64,000 nucleotides of DNA from the human T2T-CHM13v2.0 reference genome, Homo sapiens. Location: contig CP068257.2 of the NCBI GenBank assembly GCA_009914755.4, positions 25,568,001 through 25,632,000 on the forward strand, in the 5' to 3' direction. This document shows, piece after piece, positions 54,200 through 64,000 of the stretch. Under the pieces are notes generated by a model. It was not told the DNA's origin. It searched no databases and saw only the letters and a list, made by a program, of their open reading frames with translations. Both the position numbers and the translations under genes were made by a program. Each line of letters begins with the position of its first letter. Position 1 is the first letter of the stretch.

Positions 54200-54255
54200 A
54201 CCATGTGCTATGCACACGTACACACATGTGCATGCACACACACATACATGCCTAC
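54200..54255. repeat. CA-rich low-complexity tract
   Basis: gcacacgtacacacatgtgcatgcacacacacatacatgcctacac. Confidence 0.8.
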
Positions 54256-55471
54256 ACTACTTTCAGAGGTAAAACTAGAAAATTCTCAGAACATACAAAG
54301 AATCTTCTGGCCAACACTACACATTCTAGGAGGTAGTAGGTAGTAGAAAAATACCACCTCCATTTATATAAGGCAGCATCAGAGGTGTGATTTGTGAGGC
54401 CATCAGAGACAACTAGAAAGTGATCTGTAAGCAAGAAAATAGCAACTCATGACTGTTGTTTCTAATAGCACTAGAAGAGCAAGTATTGGAATTGTCCCTA
54501 ATGACATGGATATTTCAAGATAAATATTTGAAAGCAATACTATGACGACCCTTTGGCCACCAAACAGTTTTACTCAACTCTCATCTTCTTACATTGGAGG
54601 AAAACAATCATACCTTAAAAGAGCTGTTTACCTTAGCTCTTCTGTGATTCACAGCAACCCAATTTGAAATTATATAGGGGAAGCTAAATAAATTAACTTC
54701 TGGCTTCTGTCTATATTTTATCTAAAAGTGGTCCATATTTTTTGGCTTCCTAATTCTAAAGGCATAACATTCATCAGTATTATATTTGAATATGAATTTT
54801 CTCAATGAATAATTCAAAGATAAAAAATTTACAGGTGAAACCTTAATCTAGGTTTTTTTTTATTTGTCATTCAAAGGAAATTTAATTCTCTCAGTAAGAA
54901 TAAAAGATTATTTAATAGCCACTGTTCAAGGTGGAGATATGTGCCCTTATTCTCAGCCTGATTACAATCTAATTAGAGACAAAAAGCAAAGAAGGCATAC
55001 TCAACAATAAGTATCATAACTAAGGGAACAAACAGGGATCACAGGAATTGACTGAATGCTGGTATTATTCCCAGCTGTGGAAATTAGGAAACTATTAATA
55101 GGTTACGTGCTGCAATTGGAAACGGATAATTAAAAGAAGAGCACATTTCAACAAGTATTAAGAAGGGGACATTTTTAGTCAGAGAGAAGAATGTGAATTG
55201 AAGGTAAGCATGCAGTATTTGGCTTACCTGGGTGACAGTACACTGATATGGTAGGAGTCAGGCCACAGAAGATAACGTGTGCCTCCTGAAGGGGTATGGA
55301 ATCTGTCTGGGGAAGAGACAGATTTTAGTGTTAGCAACGTGGAGCATGGATTAAAGGTGTGGAAAGTCAGAGACCTGTTAAGAGGCTATTATGATATACC
55401 TTCTGAGGAATGATAAGAACCTAGACTAAAGCAGTGAAAAGAGAAGCAGAGAGTGAATAGAATGAATGTGA

Positions 55472-55828
<357 letters not shown>

Positions 55829-57535
55829 GCTGAATGATTTATGTAAGGAGAGATGAGACATAACGCAGATGTCTTAGGGTATTATATTGATGATGATATT
55901 GACAACCAAGACAGAAAAATAGGAGAGAGGAATATTTAAGCAAAAAGTTAATCAGAAAAATTTTGAATATTTTGAAGTATCTTTAGAATTTTTACATGAA
56001 ATTATTGCAGTAGATTGATGCCTTTATGTCTCTAAAACTATAGAGACGTATGAGATAAAAATATAGATGTGGAAGTCATTGTCATATGCTACATTCGTGG
56101 TAGATGAACAGTTACAGAGAGAAGAAGGCTGAGAATATGTTATTAACTTCAAATAGAAAGTGAAGGAGATAGGAAATACATCTGCTATGTGGTAGGTTTT
56201 TTATTTTATTGGACACAAGAGCAGAGAGATAGGATGAGCCAGAGTAATACAAGTTAATGGAATCAATAAAAAGAAGCTTTGGGAAAGAACAGTAATATAA
56301 AATGCCACAGAGAGGGCAAAGAGGAGCATGAATGAGAAAATGCTGTTAAGCTTGATCAGAGGTAACTTTCAATAGACTGGTTTCAGTGGTGAGATGGTGG
56401 TGAGAAAAATGAAGGAGACTCAAACTGCATAGGCTTACAAAGACAGTATTTGGTTAAAGTGTAGGCAGGAAGCACTGGCTTAATTCAACAAGTTTATAGG
56501 TGAAAACAAAAGAGATAGGCTTAAGAGAAAGGTAGTTAGAGGACATGGAAATTGAGCATGTTTATGGGTAATAGAGTATAAAACCAGTAGAGAGACCGAA
56601 AAGACAAGACAGAATCTGTAATTGACATAGAACATTATTCAAGCAGGAATGTGTTAAGGGGAAATATATAGACACTTGATCTGTGGCATTTATAAAAGGG
56701 AGAGTCTTCCTCCAAACAAGCTAAAGTGAGGGAAGAAAAAAGTCCTAAGAAAATACAAAGAAACTCTAAGGAGAGGAGGGAAGTGAAGAGATCATATGCC
56801 AGGTGGTCTTGATAATTTCAGAGAATTTTCGCTGAGATCATTTGTTCATCTGTTGAAATTTATGCTCCTGGGGAGGGTTGGAGATTTCAAGATGTTGAAA
56901 AAAGTTTGGATCGGTTGCTATAGGGAGTGAAATACAGAGTCAACAGTGAAGTTTGAATCACTCTCATTTCTAATAAAATCAGTAAGTTGAAACCACTTTT
57001 TTTCCTCCAGCCATGCACATTTGTACAGATAGGAGCAAAGAAAACAGATAATGAGAATTTCCCAGGGCTGGAATTGGGGAAAAGAAGGGTGGACCCTGCA
57101 GGAGGCATTACAGATACATTGCAAGAGGGTTCTTAAACTGTTTGAATAAGAAGTTGCAAACTGGGTTGAAAGAAAAGTGAAATCAAATTGGCACCAGGGA
57201 CGACTACAGCATGGAGAGATCAAAGGCACAAGGATCACAGCAAAAACACAAATCAGGTTCTGCATGGGTTATGAAAGAGCAGGTGGTATTCAGGTTGAAG
57301 CAGTGGCCAGAATCTGAGGACGTGAAGAGAAGCGGTTTCTGGAGACAGCTAGGGTGTGGACATGTTAGTAAAGGCTTGAGTTGGAGCGGGGATGGAGGCC
57401 ACTGGAGTTCAATAATTTTAAAAAGTGTGAGGCCACGGTGTGAGAGTGATGACAAGAAAGGGAGAGAAGGGTATTGTAAACGAGGTGACTAAGCCAGTAA
57501 GGAAATTTTCCTGAGAGTTCTCTACGTAAGAAAGA

Positions 57536-57575
57536 GAGAGTGAGAGAGAGAGACAGAGAGAAAGAGGAGATTAGC
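57536..57575. repeat. (GA)n-like purine low complexity
   Basis: gagagagtgagagagagagacagagagaaagagg. Confidence 0.85.
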
Positions 57576-58749
57576 TATTTAATTATTTCCATTGACATGG
57601 GGATTGTTTTCTGGGGAATTATTAGCCATATACATTGTCAGTTTTGGTTGCTATGCTAGGCCAAAGTTGAGTCCATGGGTTTTACATCAATTTAGTCATA
57701 ATCAAAGTGCCTTATGGAAATGTAGGATCATAACTTGAAGCACACAATAACCACCAGAGCCAATCTAGACTGAGTCTTGTGTTTACCTTTTGGGGCCTCA
57801 ATTTTAGATAGACTTTACACATTGAAACAGATCCAGTAAAGAGCAAACAGTGTAGCAGAGAGAACTCAAAGCCATTATGATACTAGTAGGCTGGAGGAGG
57901 TCCCCAAATGCCAGCTGGACCTCAATCTCAGCTGGTATCCAGGTTCTTGACCCTGTCACGGGAAATAATGCAAGGACAAGTTGGAAAATAGTGAAAGAAC
58001 GGAGATTTAATATTACAAAGTGAAAAGTATACACTCAAGGAAACGGAGTGCAGGTGTACTCCAGAGTGTCACACCAGAGGCTTTGAGGTTTCTACCTTTA
58101 TGGGTTTCTTTAACCAAGGGGTGGAATATTCACGATGGCCCCTGGACAAAGGTTAAGATTTCTTGGAACTGTGGTGCCACCCGTTTTTACACTAAATATG
58201 GTTGTTCTCAGAACTATCATGACGCTGGTGGGTGTATGACTTAGTATGTTAATGAGTGTATAATGAGGTCCTAGGTGAGACTTAGGTCAAATCCAGTGCA
58301 TGTTGGGTCCAGTTGGCCTTAGCCAGATTGGTTCATCCTCTGTTTTGTTCAGGGTCTTGTCAGCCCCTAGCTTATGCAACTATTTCAATAGTTTCCTTTT
58401 GCTAGTCGTGTGAAATTGCTGCCTGGAATTTTCTATTCTCCTGCAACCACCCTGTCTTCTTCCTGTCTCAATTATCATATTGGGGATGTAATTTTTGAGC
58501 AATGAAAAGATTCAAGGGTGATACATTTCTCAAGTTCAATCTTTCCAGTAAAAATATAAATTTGACTTAGCAATTGTGACTCTGGAGGCTGGAACTAGGA
58601 CCAATGGATGGAAATTATTGAGAGGCAAATTTTGACTTAATTCGAGGAAAAAAAAATTGTTTCTTCTTAAAGCAACGAGTCCCATGCCATGAAAAGTGTT
58701 CATAATAGACTAGTGAGACAATTCTTGCATACACTGAAGTCCACATGGA

Positions 58750-58830
58750 CACAATTGGCATTGTTTTGGAACTTGTTATGAATGCAGAATCTCAACTGCC
58801 ATGCCGAACCTACATTTTAACAACATCCTC
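58750..58830 (+). mobile_element. MER5/hAT-Charlie-like fragment (tentative)
   Basis: ggaacttgttatgaatgcagaatctcaactgccatgccgaacctacattttaacaacatcctcag parallels MER5A gggaacttgttagaaatgcaaattctcgggcccc…ctgtgttttaacaagccctccag. Confidence 0.4.
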
Positions 58831-60743
58831 AGTCCTGAAGATGCCATCTATGGTAAAGCATTGATCTAGAAGACTTTCCTCCATTGGGTACACAGTTGGG
58901 CTACACAGCCTATAGTCTCTTCCTGTTCTGTGATTTCTGTCATGTATTCTGATTTTAAAAGCAATTCTGTCCTTCCTTAGTTTGTCTCTGTCTTTTAAAA
59001 TTTCAAACACTAAGTGAAAAAGCCTAGTGAACTTTTAATCTTCATGTTAAGTTTAATTTTATGAGATTATTTTCGTATGACATCACTACTTAAATCATCT
59101 ACATAGTAAAAACTTCAAAGTGCAACTTTTTGAAAATAGCTTTGTGATTCATGAATGGTATAATTGAAATATTGTTTTAACAGTACTTCAAAACCAACAA
59201 AAACAATACTATCTGCAAAATGTATGTAACACTCTCCCTGTACCACAGCCCTTTCTTATAATTCACTGTTGACTCATGGAGAATCACTGTAGATTTTGTT
59301 TTTCTTCACTAATAATTTACTGTAGCTGGCTTGTGAAAACCGCATAGGGAAGAAGAATTGTTGCTTTCTTGCTATGTCTTGCTTTTACTTTAGTACCTCC
59401 ATTTAAAAGCAAGTTAACTGTCTCCTATTTTAATTACTCAGCTTTCTCTAAGGTCTTGGAATTTTTCTTCTGAGACAACTCAAGCCTTGTTTTACTTTTA
59501 AATGCCTGCTGAAAGTAACAGTGATTTGTTTATCAACAGAGTAAAGAATTGATAAGCTATGGTAGTAATTATTTTTATTTTTTTGTTTAGAAAGCACATT
59601 CCTTGAGTTTTCCTCCAAATGGAAAGAATTTTTAATTGGCATAAATATGATACAGCTCCCTTGTAACTGAGAAACATCATAGAAATGAATAGGGCTTTGA
59701 GTAAAACAATGTTTCTCATGACCTGATATTGTTTTGTTTGTGTGTGCAACAACTGGGCTTTATAAAAAATTCTACTGTCAGCAGTGGTACATCACAGTTT
59801 ACAATCTCTCCCTTCCAAAGGGAGTACTATCACTACTTAGAAAAGTAGCTGATTTATGGCAAGAGGCAACAAATAAGAAATCATGGTTTTTATAGTGAAA
59901 GAAAGATAGAGTTTAGTGTAAAGTTTCTCTTATTTGAATTGGAGAAAGATTTGCTATTTGTGATGAACAATATACTTGGCAATATAACTGAAGACTTGCT
60001 AAGTCAAATAGTCTATTGTCTCATGACAACTACATTGTGGACAAAAAAAACATGTAAAACATGTTTCTCCTTGCTTTGCAAATTCTTTAATAACACTTTT
60101 ACATGTGAGGCCCAAATATGAGAGTGATATCAAACAGTTTACATTTGTGTTCAAGTGATAACCTCAAATCCTACTAATTAGTATATTTTTTTAATTTACC
60201 ACTTATCCACTGTGTTCCTTTCCTTTCTGTTCCTACTGACATATCTTTAAAGTATCTATTTATTTAAATAAGCTTAGTCCTCTATTTGAAAACTATGAAA
60301 AAAAATCAACATAAACTTTTCAGCAGCATGGAAGACTATTTTTTAATTTTTGAAAACAAAAACATGTTTTAAAATCTTGCTGCTCAAATGGTATTCCTTT
60401 GGGGTCCTGGAAGTTTAAGGTATTTTCTCATTTGTTTACAAATTACAAATTTACAAATTTTCTCTTAAGTGAAACAACTTCTTGCAATCTTTTCTTATGC
60501 AATTCTTGGGATTTGCAACATGACCCTTTTCTTTAGCCAATCCACTTTTTCAGACTTGTCTCCTTCCCTCCCTCTCCCTTGAGTCACTAGTCCTGGAGCT
60601 TCTTGAGGTTGCTGAATCACCACTTATCTGCAGGCCTACTTGACCTCAGCATCCTTATTGACAGTATTCCTCTGCTTGAGGATCCTTTCTTTTCCATGTC
60701 ATGTACCCATGCATATTCATCTTTCAATATCTGCATCTAATAG

Positions 60744-61210
60744 GTTTTATTAGGTTATTTTCACACTGCTATAAAGAACTACTTGAGACTGGGTAGTTTA
60801 TGAAAAAAAATGATTTAATTGACTCACACTTCCACAGGCTGTACAGGAAGCATGGCTGGGAGGTCTCAGGAAACTTATAATCATGGCAGAAGGCAAAGGG
60901 GAAGCAAGTATTTCTTACCATGGCAGAGCAGGAGAGAGCAAGCTAATGGGAAGTGCACACTTTCAGACACACTTTCAAACAACCAGATCTCATGAGAACT
61001 CCCTCATTGTAAGGAATACAGTTGGTGCAGTGGGAGTCACCCTTGAATTACTGTAACCAGAAACATCAGTATCACTCACTGTCACAAAAACAGCAAGGGG
61101 GAAGTCCACCCCCATGTTCCAATCACCTCCCATCAGGTCCCATCTCCAACATTGGGAATTACAATTTGTCATGAGATTTGGGTGGAGACATAGAGCCAAA
61201 CCATATCATA
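60744..61210 (-). mobile_element. ERVL-MaLR solo LTR, MSTA-like (~465 bp)
   Basis: ggttttattaggttattttcacactgctataaagaactacttgagactgggtagtttatgaaaaaaaatgatttaattgactcacacttccacaggctgtacaggaagcatggctgggaggtctcaggaaacttataatcatggcagaaggcaaaggggaagcaag...aacagcaagggggaagtccacccccatgttccaatcacctcccatcaggtcccatctccaacattgggaattacaatttgtcatgagatttgggtggagacatagagccaaaccatatcata is a reverse-complement match to the MST/THE1 consensus. Its length fits MST rather than THE1. Confidence 0.8.
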
Positions 61211-62949
61211 TGTGTTATCTCCATAACTATTTCGATGGTAATTCAGCTAGAAATTCTCTTCTTCTGCTCTTAGAGCTTATGATTCTTTCTTTCACTAGTA
61301 AGCCCTCAAAACATGGAGATTTGGCTGATACTCTCCACTGCTGTGTATAAGTTCACTCACTGACTCATCCATGGCTTTATTATGTATTCATTATTGTATC
61401 CATTATTGTATTGAATAAGTGTTAAGAACTTTTGGAAGTCACTTTTTAGAAGGGAAAAAAGGCTATGGCACAATCAGTCCTTGTAAAAAGTGCAATGAAT
61501 GTTATGGTAGAAGAGATATGTGTGATCTTGCCTGGTGGCTCCAGCAGATGAAACAAATGACATAGAAATATATTAACCTGCCATTAATGGGACATGTCAC
61601 ATCATTTTTTGAAAGCTTATAAAATAATGCAAACTTAGTGTATGAGGTTGGCCTGTTAGTATTTTTTATCTATTAGTAGGAGTGTTTTCGTTTGTTAGAG
61701 AGAGAAGTAAGAAGACATACACCACATCACAATGCAACTTGAGAAAAGGGAATGCAAATGAAAGCCAGGCGTTATCATTTGTGCTTTTCTATTTTGATCT
61801 GATTCCCTCTGAGTTTTAGAAGCACCAAGGATGTGGCCGTTTTCGAAGTAAAAAAGAGGTTTTGATTTGGTTTATTGATTCCAGGAAATGACAGGACAGC
61901 AGGTATACCTCAATCCATGACACAATTGACCTTAGCCAAGGTCTAACATAGACATATCCCTCTGTCATACCAAGACTTATCAATGATTGTCCTAAAAATA
62001 GTTAAAATTTGAAGATGTGTGTTGTGTTAATATCCATTTCAGCTCATCAATGTCTGCCACAATACTTTAATGCTTTTCTGATTTTTCAACTAGTGGGAGT
62101 ATAATCACGAAAAGTTACCATTTATTGAGATCTATGTGTCTCACATCTTTCTTTGCACTCTAAATTTCAGATTAATTCTGAAAACTAGGCATTGTTTTCC
62201 CCATTCTGTAGCTAAATAAGTCAAAACTTAGAAATACTATATAACTTGCCCAGGACTACATGGTGAGAAAGCCACAGACATAGACTGGGAACTCAGAAAT
62301 GTCAAATTTCCAAGACATAAACTTGGCAGTCTCCTTTATGCCACAGTGATTCTCATAGAAAAACATATCACTTAATACACATGAGATGTAGAAACTAATC
62401 CCATAGGAGCATTGGATCTCTTTGTGCCTGGTGGTAGAGTTTAAGTACAGTTAACAAGTATAATGTGAAATTAGCATTTATGGAGTTTCACAAGTTTGAA
62501 AAAGAACCCTTTGTAAGTTTTCCTGAAATTTCTTACTCAACAAAATAATTGTTGTTGATGTTTTTTCTTAATCAAGCTCTTAATATCTGTCTGTAAAACA
62601 AGACATTCCTAATGGCCTGTTATACAGTTTTATAGAATGTGGCTAGGACTTAGTATGATCTTGTATTTCTTTAGCTCCAGTATAGCCATGTTCTTTATCA
62701 CAAGCTCAAACCAGATTTGTTAAATTTTGCCTGTTGAGTAATTGGATTCCCAGTAACATTGGGTGGAGTTCATATTATGACCATAATAATGACTTGTAAT
62801 AATTTGAGCAGATGTTCTTCATATTAATTTATGGTGCATAGGTCCAATTTATTTATTTTGTTTCTAAGTGAAGGGTTCTTACTGGTTTCATATCTGCCAA
62901 AATGTGAATTCTGCCCTTAAAATAAAAAGGAACTGAATTGGTTGTCATC

Positions 62950-63027
62950 CCCATCGTCGTAAGGCATGCAGTTGGCGCAGTGGGTGTCACCTTTGAATTA
63001 TTGTAACCAGAAATATCAGAGGATGAT
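62950..63027 (-). mobile_element. isolated MST-type LTR fragment (tentative)
   Basis: About 65 bp are ~88% identical to 61001-61070 inside the MSTA-like LTR (gtaaggcatgcagttggcgcagtgggtgtcacctttgaattattgtaaccagaaatatcag vs gtaaggaatacagttggtgcagtgggagtcacccttgaattactgtaaccagaaacatcag). Confidence 0.35.
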
Positions 63028-63904
63028 AAGAATAAAACAAGTGAAAATAGGCAACAGATTGTTAAGCCAAGCAGACAAGGTAAGAGTTATGGAACCCACA
63101 GTAACCAAAGAAATCTGGGAATAAGATCAATTAATCAGTGAAAGTCATCTTTAGCCAGAGAGGCCCATGAGTTGGACCTAAATCAGAAACAGGGCTAAGG
63201 TCCAGCTGGGGATTTTAATGAAATTTCTACTAAGAATGTAAGTCTCATGGTAAGATCAAAGATGATACTAGGTAGGGGAAGGGGTTTACTATTCGTGGAA
63301 GATCATAAAAAAAGAGAAACCATATGCCAACTTTCCAGGTCCCAAACCTGGATCTTTCTTTTCAGCTCAGAGAGAATGACCTAGACATACAGATAGCAAA
63401 ATGCCAAGTTTTTAATTTACAAGGAATATTTGACTTACACGCAGACTATATCAGCATGGCCAGAACTTTCTCTTCCTGCAGTAAAATGTAAATGAAAAGC
63501 CAAGTTGTAACAATTGAGTTGATTAAGTACAATAGCAAATAAGACATAGAAGGGCTTGACCTCATTTGTTGTAGTAGAATGAAACTGACAATAGATCAGT
63601 ATATCATCATATAGACAAGATGATATTAGATTGTGATGGGGGCTATAAGAAATAAATTGGGATAATGTGAAAGAAAGTTTACTGGGAAAGAGGATTTGCT
63701 ATTTTATTTTATTTTTCCTAGAGCAGGCTTCTCTGAAGACATGTCATTTTACCCAAGACCTGAAAGATGAGGATGGTCAAGCCCTATCACAAAACAAGTG
63801 AAGATGTCCAGGCAAGGTAAAAAGCAAGTCTTATCAACAGATGCTGGGGTTTATACTGTAACTTTCAGAGCTTTGAGGGAAACTTTCTGGCACTTCATAA
63901 GTGG

Positions 63905-63990
63905 AAAACAACTAAATCTCTTCCTCTTTCACACCCACCATCAACATCACCACCATCACCACCCCCACTTCACCCCCAATATCAACAATA
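63905..63990. repeat. CA/CCA-rich low-complexity tract
   Basis: cacccaccatcaacatcaccaccatcaccacccccacttcacccccaatatcaacaatatcaat. Confidence 0.8.
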
Positions 63991-64000
63991 TCAATAAAGT

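Noticed and set aside
56887-57492. Overlapping ORFs of 115 aa (-), 83 aa (-) and 93 aa (+) in a purine-rich block (55860-57500)
   Set aside because: The region is strongly AG-rich and repetitive (gagagag, aggagag motifs), which suppresses stop codons on several frames at once. The peptides are low-complexity (Lys/Glu/Gly/Ser-rich) and ORFs overlap on both strands. That is the hallmark of compositional artefact rather than coding sequence.

Overview
This window reads as primate (almost certainly human) non-coding DNA, either intergenic or deep intronic. It is AT-rich and has no CpG island. The longest open frame is 132 aa, and every ORF in the supplied track is explained by a repeat or by compositional bias. 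I cannot support any protein-coding exon, rRNA or tRNA gene, CRISPR array or prokaryote-style gene system, so I do not claim a novel biological system here.

The sequence is a mosaic of interspersed repeats that I recognise directly. There are five full-length Alu elements, three with clear target-site duplications, plus two free Alu monomers. There are several ERVL-MaLR solo LTRs (two THE1-like, one MSTA-like, one MLT2-like, others less certain). There are several MIR copies, L2-like 3' ends and a decayed L1 ORF2/3'UTR fragment. There are hAT-Charlie (MER5-like) fragments, an internally deleted MADE1 mariner MITE, and a possible Tigger/MER2 terminus. Microsatellites and minisatellites include (GT)n, (AAAT)n and (CAAA)n tracts and a 31-bp x3 repeat.

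The observations that seem most worth follow-up are:
- a perfect 27-bp inverted repeat with a 41-bp spacer at 53.5 kb, which is not explained by any repeat family I recognise;
- an inverted pair of near-identical LTR-like segments bracketing about 2.5 kb, one arm carrying a 31-bp tandem triplication;
- a cluster of local tandem duplications next to the MADE1 hairpin;
- a near-consensus AluY/Sc with a perfect target-site duplication and a 29-A tail, which could be a young or polymorphic insertion;
- a head-to-head inverted Alu pair.

Repeat family names come from my memory of consensus sequences. Coordinates are approximate to within about 10 bp.
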